64,000 bases of DNA, taken from positions 76,446,001 to 76,510,000 of the forward strand of contig OZ024746.1 of NCBI GenBank assembly GCA_964016885.1, in the 5' to 3' direction. The first letter of the stretch is position 1, and each line of letters begins with the position of its first letter. Source of the stretch: Eledone cirrhosa. Lineage: Eukaryota. Positions 11,690 to 26,060 of the stretch are shown here, in pieces. The notes below the pieces were generated by a model. That model saw only the letters and a program-made list of their open reading frames with translations. It searched no databases and was not told where the DNA came from. Both the position numbers and the translations under genes were made by a program.

Positions 11690-11877
11690 TCCTATATAAC
11701 CATAGGGATAATAACTAAGTATCTATTGGTAAAAATCCTGTTTTCTAAAAGATCATCTGCCTCTTGGTCTCTGCTGATAGGATGGAGAAGACATTGCCCT
11801 GAAGAACAGCGAGGAAGACACACTGAAACATGCACTCCACCTTATGGGGCTCGCACCTGCAGGCAGCCAACTTCGCT
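11690..11877 (-). mobile_element. 3' fragment of a CRE-like (restriction-like endonuclease) non-LTR retrotransposon nested in an M1 MITE
   Basis: Encodes ...EPHKVECMFQCVFLAVLQGNVFSILSA, resembling the C-terminal LFQRLS.A.QRGNA..IL motif of CRE-clade elements; GC-richer than the surrounding MITE halves. Confidence 0.5.
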
Positions 11878-12061
11878 GTTATATTACTAAACCCCTCCAA
11901 ATTCCTGATCATTTTCAAAATTATTTGAAAATTATAAGTAGTGTTCTTCATTAGAAATATAACAAAAGAGTTAATAAATATTGCAAATTCTCAAATATAG
12001 CAAAGCAATATTTTAACTTTTAGTTATTTTATGTTGCAAAATCTCAACAACTTTCATTAAT

Positions 12062-12240
12062 TGGCAGTATCGGTAGAGGGTTGGACGCCATGCTTTCTAG
12101 CATAGTTACGTCCCTTTACAGTCTGAGTTCAAATCCCGCCGAGGTTAACTTTGCCTTTCATCCTTACGGGGTCGATAAAATAAAGTACCAGTAATGTACT
12201 GGTTATTTGCTGGCCTTGTGCCTAAAGTAGAAACAATTAT
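12062..12240 (+). mobile_element. tRNA-derived SINE (family C) with gcctttcatcc...ggtcgataaaataaagtacc core, representative copy
   Basis: A box tggcagtatcgg, B box gagttcaaatccc; core recalls Deu/Nin-type SINE domains (from memory, unverified). Further copies near 9125, 13381, 21665-22150, 26731, 29500, 44870, 47085, 48470, 48935, 52675, 57987 and 62038. Confidence 0.75.
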
Positions 12241-15200
12241 ATTCCTAATTTAGGGGTCTATCACCATTTAAAATCTTTATTGTGAGCAAGCATAAGATAC
12301 TTTAATTAAGGAGGAAAAAATCTTTTTTTAATCAATAAAATTAACTGAAAATTTCAAGTTTGTTTATATCATGTTTAACAAAAAGAAATCAATAAGACTT
12401 GAAAAAATATGTACTGGGGTCAATATAATTTTTATGTAAAATTTTGATGTACAGTTCTTAAATAAATATAAACATTTTAAAATAAAGAGATATGTATAGT
12501 AGAACTAAGGTCAGTTTCAGGTGGTTTAGTATCAAAGCAAACCCTTTCATTACCATATTTCTAATGAAAAACACTGCCTATAATTTTCAAATCCCTTTGA
12601 AAATTGTCAAGAATTTAGAGATTTATTAAAATAACGAAGTTTCTCATTATTTATCTTGTGTTTAGGGCATAACTTAAAGAGTAATTAGCAGTAGCACTAA
12701 CACAGTGTGGTTCATTGATTTGATCTAAATCGACAAGACCTCATTTGCTTACCGAGTGAGGTGGAATGCATCAGATTGACCCAAGGAAACAATGTTTCCA
12801 TTGGTTTTTCCAATTGCTGATACTATCTACCGGCTGCAATCCCTGGCAGAAGGAGCAATGTGAAATAACGTATCGTCCAACCTGGAAATTGAACTCACAT
12901 CCTCATGGTTGTAAATCAAATTCCCTAACCACTAAGCTATGTGCCTTCATTCTTCCAGACTCGGAGACTGATATTGCCTTTCATCTCTCTGATGCCATTA
13001 AAATAAACTCAAAAATTCTACTGCAAGCAGTTCGACAAACTATACTACGCTCCTACTAAATTTTATATTGTACTTTTAAATAAACATTAACATCAAATCA
13101 AAATGATTAAAAAACTTCAAAGCCACGTTTTCTCACCTCCCTCCCCTCCCCTGTTTGCACTTTCACTGTTCTTTTAAATTAATTAATTGCTGAAATTTTA
13201 CAGTAATGGTTATTACAAGTAACATTTTAACCCTTTTGATAACCTGCACTAAACCGGTTCTAGTTCTATGACACAAAATCACTCGCTCTAAGGGGTTCTA
13301 TTTAAATTTTAAATCTTCCAACATCATTCGATATAGGAACCTTTTGTTATGTTATATTACAAATACTATCTTAATAATGATTGCTACTTTAGGCTCAAGG
13401 CCAGTAATTTGAGGGAGTAGAAAGTTGATTATATCGACCCCAGTACTCAACTGGTACTTTATTTTATTGACTCTGGAAGAGTGAAAGGCAAAGTTGACCT
13501 CAGCAGGATTTGAACACAGACCATAAGGAGCTGGAAGAAGTGACACAAAGCAATTTGTTCAATGTCCTAACAATTTTGCCAACCCACCACCTTACCATGT
13601 TAATAATGAAAGTAAGCAGCACCAAACCCTTATTTAATTCAAAATAGCTTATTTTCATAAAATAATATGGTAATGAGAGGGTTAAAGTAGTTATATTTAT
13701 TTTAAAACCTTTCAACAGTTTTATGAAATGCTCGAAACACCAGATAAATAATGTGAATGTTATTTATATTAATTACTAAATCCTTCCAAATTCTTGATAA
13801 TTTTCAAAATTATTGGAAAATCAAATGTAAAATATGGTAATGAAAAGGTTAATGGCCTTAAGAGAAAACAACCAGAGTTTCTTTTTGGAAGATCGAATAA
13901 AAGATTCCTTAATATAATTTAGCAATGCTTCAGGTTGTCTGACTGAGTATTTGCAAACTATAAAATGAACCAAATTAATGCAAACTGAAAATCAATACGT
14001 ATGTATAGTCCCAGTAATACATACTAATGTTTTATATGTTATATTATATTATACTATATTACATATCATTATTATTTAACATCTGCTTTCCCTGCTAGCA
14101 AAGGTTGGATGCGTCTTCATAGACTGTGTCAGTACTGAAGCAGGGCTACTGACTTCCTAGACAGGCAAGGGGGTCTGAATCTCACTTACATACTGTCCAA
14201 TATTCTATCAAATGCATTTTATAATGGCAACAACACAAGAGAAGTTGACATGTCTTTAACACAACTGAAGGGTACTTCCAACCTTTTGTTTGGCAAGCTT
14301 TCAACAGCTGGATGCCCTTCCTATCACTAACAACTTTACAATGAGTACAAGGTGCATTTATTAAATAGATCATTAACACTAAGGAGGTTGTCATGCCCTT
14401 GAAACAACTGAAGGGTTCTCCCAAACCTTTCTGTGGCTGGATATCCTTCCTATTACCAACCACTTTACAATGAGTTATTATTTAGATCACCAACACTAAA
14501 AACATTTTCATCTCGACGACACAACTGAAGGGTCCTCCCAACCCTTTGGTTGGCAAGCTTTCTAGGGTTTGTCAAACAAAGGGTTAGGAATACCCTTTAG
14601 TTATATAAGTATATAAATACATACATCATCATCACCATTTAATGTCCTTTTTTCCATGCTAGCATGGGTTAGATGAGTTGTCCTGTTGTGAGACAAGTCA
14701 TATCAGATGACTGTGTCTTACTCATACAGAACTGTTTGTGGCTTGTTTTCTACGTCTGGATGCCCTTCCTAACACCAACCACATTTACAGTGTGGACTTG
14801 GTGCTTTTTGTCATGACACCAACATGACCACTTCACAGTGTGGACTGGGCGCATTTTGTTGTGTCATCAACATGATATATACGTGTATACTTACAAATAT
14901 ACACGTGCAAGTATGGCATGGTTGTGTGGTTAAGTTCTCTTTGCAGCCACATGGTTTCTGGCTCAATTCCACTGAGTGGCACCATGAGAAAATGTTTGCT
15001 ATACCCTTGAGTTAACAAATGCCTTGTGAGTGACATTTGGTAAAAGGAAATTGTGTGTGAGTTTAAATTTAAATCGTGTAACTTAGCATTTTGACAAAAA
15101 GAGATTGATAAAATAAGTATGGATTGATATAGTAAACTTTAAGACAGTGCCCCAACATGGCCACAGACTAATGACTAAAACTGAGAAAAAATAAAATAAA

Positions 15201-17714
15201 ATGGAAAATATATATATATACCGACTGGTCTAATGAAATTAATCCTTTACTTCAAAGCCCCGTTTCATTATTGAAACAATATTTTATTTGAAATCTATCT
15301 TGTATCTCGTTAGGTCAGTAAAACAAATGATATTGAAGTAAATATTAATGACATTTGTAAACATAATTATTGGTATATCAACAAAATAATCAAATGTCAC
15401 AATTTATTATCATTATTATTATTGAATCAATTAATTGTACATCAATTCTTCTGAAACCTCAATTTGCTAACTGTAATTAACCATTTTGATACTAACTTGG
15501 TCAAATCCAGTGCTAGTTCTATAAAAAAAAAAAAAACCAATCATTTAAAAGGGTTGCTACCATCATCATCATTTGACGTCTGCTTTTCCAACATAATTTT
15601 ATATCAGAACCATATGTAAAGTTATTCTCTTCATAATGAAATAATTAATAAATTTAGTAAATCTGTCAAAATTTTTCATTAATTAATTGAAATAGAACGT
15701 ATTTCATTAAAAATACAATCATGAAAGGGTTAAATAAAAACTACCATATGATTTTATATTTTCTTAATATAGTTTTTAAATATTTATTCACCAGTTAATA
15801 ACAATGATTTAACAATATAAGGTAAACATAATTTTCAAATAATTGGAAATAAATTTTACTGAAACATTTCATGACCATATTTCTAATGAAATAAAGTTTT
15901 TAAATAATCAAGACTTTAGAAAGATTTAGTAACATAACTAACTTTCTCATTATTTCTTGTTATTAAGCTGGTGTTTGAAATATTACAAAGGTTCTGGCTT
16001 AAAATTAAAATGTAAGGCTTTGAGATAAATATAAAAACTTTAAAATAAACAGCTTTGTATCATTGTTCAAAGAGTGGAATTAGGTATTACCATATTGCTA
16101 ATGAAAGACTTACAGGAGTGTCAATTTAAAGTAACTTAATGACATGTGTACACTCTGTAATGTGGTCATACTGGTGCCTTGACAAAAGGCACCCAGTCCA
16201 CCCTATAAGGTGGCAGGGCTGGTGTCATGAAAAAAAAGCACCGTCTACTCTGCAAGGTGGTCATACAGGTGCCATGACAAAAAGCACCTAGCCCACCTGT
16301 CCACCTTGAAGGTCATCCAACTGTAGAAAACCAAACCCAAAAGGAAGATTATGAGCAAAGTGTGACCACCTGACCTGTCTAACCTCATATGACTGCCTGT
16401 CTAACCCATGCAAGCATGGAAAATAGATGTTAAATGATGATGATGTACATCAGTGTTTAAATCTTATTTTATTTAATGATTTATGATTGAAATGAGCAAG
16501 AATAGAAAAGTAATTTTTACTATTTTAAATTATGTAAGTTTAAACCTTTTATAATTATATTTCTAATGGAAGACACTGCCTATAATTTTCAAATCATTTT
16601 GAAAATAATCATTATATTTGAAGGGATATAGTAATACAACTAATTTTCTCATTAAACTGATGCTTGGAACATAACAAAGGAACTCACATTAAATTATCAT
16701 GGAAGTTTTTTAAACAAATATAAACACTTGAAAATAAACAGTTTTGTATCAGAACCGAGAGTGGTTTCAGGTAGTTTAGTATCAAATGGGTTAATGTGCT
16801 CAGTTTCTTCAATGAATGTATATTATATGAGAATATGTATATAAACATGAATAGAAACACAGAAAAAAATATTTAGAAACAGATGAAAATGAAGATCACA
16901 TTCTTCAGTTAACACTGAACTACATTATAGTTAGGCAATAGGCCATTGGAAATTGTTGGTCTCTATTTAGAAACTTATAAATAGTTGGTATTCCATTACA
17001 CTACCATCATTTTACAATTGTTTCAAATATTGCAAAGACTAATGCACTAGCTTAAATTACAGACATCCATACATGTTTATTTAACCATATATTTATTTCC
17101 ATATATTCTAAGGCAAACACTGCTTATGATTCTACATAATTTTGAAAATAATGAAGAGGGATTTAGTAATATAACTAACTTTTTCATTATTATCTGGGGT
17201 TATCATAACGGTTCTTACGTAAAATTATGATGGACAGTTTTTAAATAAATGTAAAATTTCATACCATAAGCTGTGACAACCTACAGATAGGTTTTAAAAA
17301 TGTTTGCTTTTTCAACTAACAAACATTCAGAAATGTACCATGTGAAAGACAGATAGACAGACATACAGACACACACTCTGAACTAAGTCAAATGAGTATA
17401 GAATTATGGTGTTGGGCCACTGCCGATTCCAATGAAAAACAGAACAGCTTGTTCATGAAATTAATGTGCAAGTTCTCAGGGTAATTCAAGCATGACTCAG
17501 TGTGTGACAAAGCTGACCCTTTGAATTATTGGTACAACTCGTTTTTACCAGCTGAGTGAACTGGAGAAATGTGACATAAAGTGACTTGATTAAGAGTGCA
17601 ATGCATCACTACAAATCAAACTCACAGTCTTTCAATTGTGAGCCAAACATCCTTACCACTAAACCAGCTGCCTTCACAGAATAAAACTATAGACATGCAA
17701 ACAAATATACAGAG

Positions 17715-17765
<51 letters not shown>

Positions 17766-17861
17766 TTCAACATTTTAAAGTTGTAAAAACACAAACACAA
17801 CAATGATCACATTGCAATTATGCAAAGAGGCTTTAAAACTACCAACATGTACTCCAACAAG

Positions 17862-18303
<442 letters not shown>

Positions 18304-18469
18304 TCTGTGAATCTGAGCGTGTATATATGCATGTGCAATGATGCATGAAATTCAACTATCATTATTCATGATTTTCAATTAAAGACTAATTTTATCAACA
18401 ATTTCACAGGCAGATGGTAAAACAAAACCCAGCTGCACCCTATTACATCCATGCATTTACATCTGCTAA

Positions 18470-18790
18470 CAGATGTAAATGCATGCACACACACACAGGA
18501 TGCCTCACACAAACAAATGCACATATATACAAATGCACATACAAGATGAACCACACATACACACATAAGATGCACCACACATGCATAAATGTACATACAA
18601 GAAGCACCATACATGCACAATGCATTGCACACACAAAGCCTAATATATAAGATGTACCACACACACAAATACAAATATGATACACCAAACAAAAATGCAC
18701 CATGAACATACAAGATGTGCCACATATAGATGCATATGGACTGTGCACACTGCACATACAATATGCACAACACATACACACAACAGTATT
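18470..18790. repeat. Degenerate CA-rich minisatellite (unit like aagatgcaccacacatacacacat)
   Basis: Recurring gatgcacc/gatgtacc/gatgtgcc plus acac tracts at about 20-25 bp spacing. Confidence 0.6.
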
Positions 18791-19028
18791 CATTCATGCT
18801 GTCTTCCATGTTAAAGACAAAGTTAAAAGTGGAACTGGCCAACATAAAAATGGATGTTCCTTATATCACAACACATTAACTCCAATATTCACTTCTAATA
18901 TCTACACCAGCAACAATTTACACCTTGTTATGCATAAAAAATCTTAATCTTAGTCTTGCTGTCATCCACTCTCAAGCTTTCATTCACAAATCAAACTTTC
19001 AATTTCATCCATAAACACATGTGTGCAT

Positions 19029-19070
<42 letters not shown>

Positions 19071-20009
19071 AGTCATGTGTGATGATCTTGTGAATACATA
19101 GGTGAATCTCCAGAGTAACAAGACTCATCACTTAGCCATAATAAAGATTATAAAACTCTACTTTGGTATTGAGTACTCATTCTTGTGTCCATCAACATCA
19201 CATGGCTATATAATTAATTACACACACATATGAAATTGCTCTGGTTCTACAATACAAAATGTTAACATGTTTATTTTTATTGAAATACCTTACATTTATT
19301 AAGTTATGTTTTAAATCTTGAGTATTTTCCTAATTATTAAAAAATCATAGGCAGTTTTTTTGTTAGAATTAGGAGATACACGTTTGGAAGATCTAGAAGA
19401 TTGAGTAAAAAATTCCTTATAAATAATTTAGTAATGCTTCAGTTTGTATGGCTTTTGCAAACTACAATGTAAACAAAATTGATACAAACTGAAAAACCAA
19501 TACATATTTATAGTATCAATCGGTTCCTCAATAAAAATCGAAGACAGAGTTTTTCATTAGGGATTTGGTAGCAAAATGGTTATGCCTAAATCACTAGAAC
19601 AAGAAACAATTTTTACATTCTTAAACATGTAACAAAATAGTGTTTCCCACAGGGATATTTTTAATTGTAGAAGAAAATTTAAAGCCCAAACTAGGAATCA
19701 ATCATTTAGTAGAATATTCCCATAGCAATTTTATTCCTACTTCTGAAACATGGAGTGTATATTTTCACTTATAAGCTAATAAGCTAGAAATATTTGAGTT
19801 CAGCTAATAATCAAATTTGAATATTTTCAAACAGTTCCCAATAGAAATTATAAAAATCTATTTCAAATATAATTTTTAATAACTTTTAACACTTAACACT
19901 GCATTTGTTGAGTTATAAAGATATGATATTTTCCTAATAACATCTGGTTTCCCATATTTATTAAACTTGAACTAAAATCCCCAATGTCTAAGTATTTGAG
20001 ACAGTTAAC

Positions 20010-20041
<32 letters not shown>

Positions 20042-20092
20042 ACTATTGTTGGAGAATCTATAATGCTGAATCAATTTTTGCATCATCACCAT

Positions 20093-20145
20093 TACCACAA
20101 CCTAACCACTATTACCACAACCTAACCACTATTACCACAACCATC
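20093..20145. repeat. 20-bp tandem repeat (ttaccacaacctaaccacta), about 2.5 copies
   Basis: Direct reading of the sequence. Confidence 0.8.
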
Positions 20146-20309
20146 ACTGAGAGAAAGATGAGGAGGATGAGGAGAAAAACAACAACTACTACTACTACCA
20201 TATCATACTGCTGTCTGCAAGCAAGACAAAGTTATCTTGGAATGTCTATGGCTTTCGAAGCTGCACTATCAGATATACAGAAAAAAATGGAATAAAAATC
20301 AACAACTTA

Positions 20310-20650
20310 GGTGCAGGCATGGTTGTGTGGTTAAGGAGTTCATTTTGCAACCACATGGTTCTGGTTTTAGTCCTACTGCATAGCATCTTCAGCAAATATA
20401 TTCTATAGCCTTGGGTTGACTAATGCCTTGTGTGTGGAATTTGGTAAACAGAAATTGCAGAAGCCCATTGTATATAGGGGTGGTCTATATATGTGTGCGT
20501 CAGTCTGTGTCCATATCTATGTGTACATAATTCAGCGTCTCAGAGAAAGAGAATAAATAACAGATAAGTACTAGGTTTGATATGATCAACTAATGAAGGT
20601 GTTGCCCCAGCATGGCCACAGTCAAATGACTGAAACCAGAAGAAAAAAAA
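20310..20650 (+). mobile_element. Abundant older tRNA-derived SINE (family D), representative copy
   Basis: ggtgcaggcatggttgtgtggttaag head and ...ccccagcatggccacagtcaaatgactgaaacc tail; copies near 3600(-), 10880, 14910, 33345(-), 33880(-), 36055, 38690(-), 45930(-) and 57050. Confidence 0.75.
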
Positions 20651-21505
20651 AATAAATGAAAAGATGTGTTTTTCTCTTCATAATTATTGAAAACTAAAAA
20701 ACCAAATGAGGAAAAAACATTGCAAACAATTTGAAATTTTAACATCTTTCAACAAAGTTGCCACTGCTGCTTTAATATGTAAAGGAACAAATTTAGCTAT
20801 CCAGTATACAGACAGTAAATTCTTAATGAGGTATTTAGTATAAAATTCTGGATTATTTTCAAAATTATTTGATGTTGTTCAAGGGAACAAAAAATTGCCA
20901 GTTCAGATTGACACTAATTCTATCAGAAAATCAAAATGTAAAGTGTCACAAGAAACACAGCAAATCATCCTGTCTCATGCTCTAACAATTCTACCAATCT
21001 ACTTCCCTGGGCTTTATCAACTTTATCAACTTCCAAAGGAAGAAAGGCAGAATTAACTTCAGCAAGATTTGAACAGGGAATACAGAGAACCAGAATAAAA
21101 ATGGTATCTTATACTAACAATTTCATCAATTTGTCGTCTAGGAGACAACGGTCTAAGACGTATTGCTTTGAACATAATTGCATAAGGGATTCAGTGATAC
21201 AATGCATATGTAATGACTATGAGGTTTTCTTTGTGAGTTATTCATTTGAGGGGGGAGGCGGGGGTCCAAAATGAGGAATACAGTTCTGATGAGCAATGTT
21301 TGTGAATGTTAATAAATGTTACTGGATTGCTATAACCTCATTTTAAAGTGTTTTGTAGGTTGATATCAATGGTAAATATGCTAGTTATTTTGCAACAGTG
21401 GCAAATGAACATCCTAAGTATGTATGTGCATGTGTAGGACTGGATGAGGTGCCAAAATAATAAAGATACCAAAACAAGAAATTGATTAGGAAAAGAACAT
21501 TTTAA

Positions 21506-22264
21506 ACCTTTTGGTACCAAACCACTTCAAACAAGTTCTGGATCTATGATACAAAATTGTTTATTTTAAAATGTTTATATTTACCTTAAAAAAAAAAAAA
21601 ATTATTATAATTCTATGTAAGAACCTTTGTTAAGTTATGTTCCAAACACCAGCAGCTTAATAATTGTTTCTAATTCTGAAACATGGTTAGCAATTTTGGA
21701 AAAATGAAAGTTTAGTTATATTGACTCCAATACTGGACTGGTACTTTATCTTACTGACCCAGAAATGATAAAAGATAAAGTTGACCTCAGCAGGATTTTA
21801 AATCAGCAGCTTAATAATTATTTCTAATTTAGGCATGAGGCCAGCAATTTGGAACAGGGGAAGGGGTCAATTATATCAGCTCAAATTCTTTACTGGTACT
21901 TTATTTTATCAATCCATGAAGGATGAAAGAGAAAGTTGACCTCAGCAGTATATGAACTCAGAACATAAAGGGCCAGAGAAAATACTGTTAAGTATTTGTC
22001 CAAAGCTTTTACAACTCTGCCAATCTATCATCCTTCAACAGCTTAATAATTGTTTCTACTTTTGGCACAAGGCCAGCAATTATCCAGTGCATTACTGGTA
22101 CTTTATTTTATCGACCCCGTAAGGATGAAAGGCAAAGTTAACCTTGGCGACAGCTTAATAATGAGAAAGTTATATTACTAAATCACTTGAAATTTTTGAT
22201 CATTTTCAAAGTGATTTGAAAATCATAGTCAATGTTTTTCATTATAAATATGGTAATGAAAGGG
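21506..22264 (-). mobile_element. MITE M1 interrupted by three serial SINE insertions
   Basis: MITE halves flank three SINE fragments separated by four copies of cagcttaataat. Confidence 0.8.
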
Positions 22265-23480
22265 TTAAACGGATCATAACAATCATAGTTCTTGCCGAGC
22301 AAATTGAATGCAAATTGAATGTTTATTGGTCACCCAACATCTTACATTACCAAACTTCTGTCTGTACTGGAACCACACTAAGTGAAGAGGGACAATCAAT
22401 ATGTGTGTGTCTATTTTGTTATATAGCTTAACTGTAGAATTGAAGAATGTTATGTCAGCCACAACAAAGATAGACTTGGTGAACTCAGTCCATTTCAGTC
22501 AGGATTGTTATGATAGGAATCATAAAAGGCTGTCTTTAAACATGTAACAATTACACTACATTTCATTAGAATGCAGTGGACTCATGTTAGTGACCAGGAA
22601 GAACAAGAAAAATGTCTTATATGTCATAATAGACTGGACTGTTAAGAAACAAATTATGAATATAACAGGTTCTCTGTGCTTTTTTAATAGCTAAAATTAA
22701 TTTTCCATGAACTAATTGTTTCATCATCATCATCACCTTACATCTGTTTTCCATGCTGGCATGGGCTGGTTAAGTTGCCTCAATCTAAATAGATCAAATG
22801 ACCACATCCACCCATAAAAACCAGCTTGGTTTTTATGGTTGGATGTCCTTTTTAACACCAAAAACTTTACAGACTAGACTGGGTGCATTTTATCCTGACA
22901 CCAGCACAACCACTTTACAGACTGGACAGGGTACATTTCATCATGACACTTGCATTACCACTTTACAGAATATGTTGCTTCAGATTAATTTGTGCCTAAA
23001 GATTCAACACACTGAATGCAGTTTATATGAAATGGTATATATATATATACATATATATATATATGCCATAATTTAGATTAAACTCTTTTCATACCAAACT
23101 ACCTGAGATTGCTCCTGCTTGTATAATACAAAACTCTTTGTGTTAAAGTGTTTATATTTATCTAAAATCCTTCCATTAAAATTTTATATAAGAACCTTTG
23201 TTATGTTATGTTCCAAAGATCAGCTAAAAAAAGAAAAAGTTTATTATATTATAAATGCTTTTAAAATTCTTACTTTCAAAATTATTCAAACATCAGAAAC
23301 AATGTATTTCATGAGAAATATAGTTAGGAAAGAGTAAAACCCATATAATAATACCAATAGAAAATTATGGAAAAAAAAAGGATATAAAAATTGTTCACAT
23401 GTATATATTCAAACGGGGATGCATGTGTGTATGTACACAAACACATACATAATGTAGGTAGAGAAAATAAATTTATTTAC

Positions 23481-23588
23481 CTCCTTTTGTGTTTCATAAA
23501 CAACTCCAAGGGGCTCATATTGAATGTGATTAAAGTCATTAGGCCCTAAACTACCTCCAATAGCAAACATATTTAGAATTTTGCTCAT
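23481..23588 (-). CDS. Candidate internal alternative first coding exon (MSKILNMFAIGGSLGPNDFNHIQYEPLGVVYETQKE)
   Basis: ATG-initiated 36-codon open frame ending GAG|gtaaat in phase 0, compatible with the acceptor of exon 304-486; non-repetitive sequence; no homology recognised. Confidence 0.3.
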
Positions 23589-26027
23589 TAAAGAAATTAA
23601 CAGAATATTACACTAAAATGTTATTCCCTGCTTCCAGAAATTAAAAAAATCAAGAATTAAATGAAATATTGGAATAAAATAATTCTAATTTGATATATAA
23701 AAATTATATTCAGAATCAAGAGACCAAAACTTGTGATTTAAAAATTTAAGGAAACTAAAATTATTATAGTAGAACATCAAAAAAGCTAACTAGAAGCAAA
23801 TATAATTTATAAATAACAATTATCCAAACAATCTTTTTAGTGTGAAATCTTAATAGGAAATATCAGAAATAATCCAAGATAAATTTGTGCATTTTACAAT
23901 GCACATTCAATTAGTGCATGAGAAAAAAAACTGTAAATATACTATCATAATGAAATGGTTCTATAAAAGAGAATATCACGAAAAAGACAGGTTTTTAGAG
24001 AATATTTTAGGGCAATTGTGGAGATTCTTCTTTTTTTCATTTTTTTTTTATTTGTTAAATAGTGAAAATTGTTCAAGAATTAGAATTACAAGAATTAATT
24101 TAACTTTTGAAAACTTATTAACTTACTTTATCTTTATAAGCTAAAATCAATCATATTCAATAGATGATGTATTAAATACTAATATGAGAATAATGAACTA
24201 TAAAACTACATGAAATACTTTATTAATACACTAAAGTTTGCGGGTGCAGTCATTATCTTTCAAATATTAACTACCATTAAAGTTATATGTAGATTCTTAG
24301 TAAGAGCATTTGTTAAATAAAACTACAATATATAACTTTACAAAATCTATAATGTGAGAGTGAGAGGGTTATTATGTTTAATATAAATTCTCATATAATA
24401 GACAAGAGAGAAAAATAAAAATATTTCAAATTAAATTGTTTTACAAAGAATTACATCACACAGAATTGTCAATGATATGAGGATAATATAAACTATTCCT
24501 ACAGAGATTCAAACACATTAACCTAAACCTAACATCAAACAAAACTATAGTTTGCATTGAAATGGAATTGAAAAAAAATTGAAATTTACAGTTCACACCT
24601 ATACATGTTTAGAGGGTTACCTAATAGGTGTTGCATCTCATAGGAGATTTCTCAGGAGATTTTCCTGCAGAACTAATGATTCAAATAACAAACTAACATA
24701 AACCTAACATCAAACAAAACTATGGCTTGCATTGGAATGGAGTTTATATGGTGATGCCTGATATAAAAGATCCAAGAAAGCATTTATCAATGCATGTTTA
24801 CTTTCCTTTTTTGAAATCTTGCATATAGCTAACACAGATGTCTGTACAAGAAATATAGAAGTAAATAAATAAAATCAACAAGTTGTGTATAGCTAGCAAA
24901 GTAATAATCAATATGAAAAGGTATATTCCAATGTGTATGCGGAGATAAGTGTTCTCTCCATCCAGGTAAAAGAAAAAAAAAGCTCTCATTTAAACATTCC
25001 TACTGTATATTTTCCAAGCAAGTTGAAGGTTTGTATTTACTTCAAACAACTTCAATGTTATTGTTTCTGTTTAAACTCAACAGAGTAGCAGCAATCTTTG
25101 TTATTTGCTTTAATAAGATGAAGAACGAAACTATCCAGTGGACACACACATGTTGACTAATTCTCTTTTTTTTTTTATGATAATGCAAAGAGCACAATGC
25201 CTAAATAATCAAAACAATGTTTTAAATTTCTTAACAGTAAACTAAATTATATCAAAATTTAGAATACAAATATATATTATTTTACAGGTTTCAGTCATTA
25301 GACTGTGGCCATGCTACAGCAAATTCAAATCTTGTTATTCCCCAGAAAAATAATTTGCTTTCTTGTTAAAAAAAGAAAAGGTATTAAGAATGATGCTGAA
25401 AGCAACAAAGTTACTTATATTTTGTTTGCTGCGTGAATATTCATGCAGACAATAACAGAGTTAATGGTAGCAGCAGAAAGCAACACCAGTTAAAATAGCT
25501 GGTGTGATGAGTAGAGCAAGTGAATGCTTAGTGGTAGCAGTACTACAATTCAGCAGCAACCTGATAGGGTGAGAGGCAGTAACTTCCAAAATCAGCTGGA
25601 AGACTTTGCTTTCAGGAAAGGAAGAAGAAAAAAAAAAAAAAAAAAGAAGAAAACACGCACACTCAAACACACACCAATGAAAAGTATAATAAATAGAATA
25701 GTGACAGAATTCCAACCATTGATGAAGGTAACAGTAAAATGGTAAAATGTAACATCAGCAACAGTAATGCAGCTGTGTAAAGCAAGAATGTTAAAAAATA
25801 TAGGTAGGAAGGTACATATGAATTAAACAGGAGGCAAGGCTATGTACTTCCCCACCACCAACAAATATGTATGTATTTGTGTGTGTATGCATGCATGCAT
25901 ATGTGCATGTGTGTGTAAGTATATTAGAAATTATAGGTAGAAAGGTACATATGAATTAAGTAGTAGGCAAGGCTAGGGACTTCACTACCATCACCATTAG
26001 TATGTGAGTCAGTGTGAGTGTGTATAC

Positions 26028-26060
<33 letters not shown>

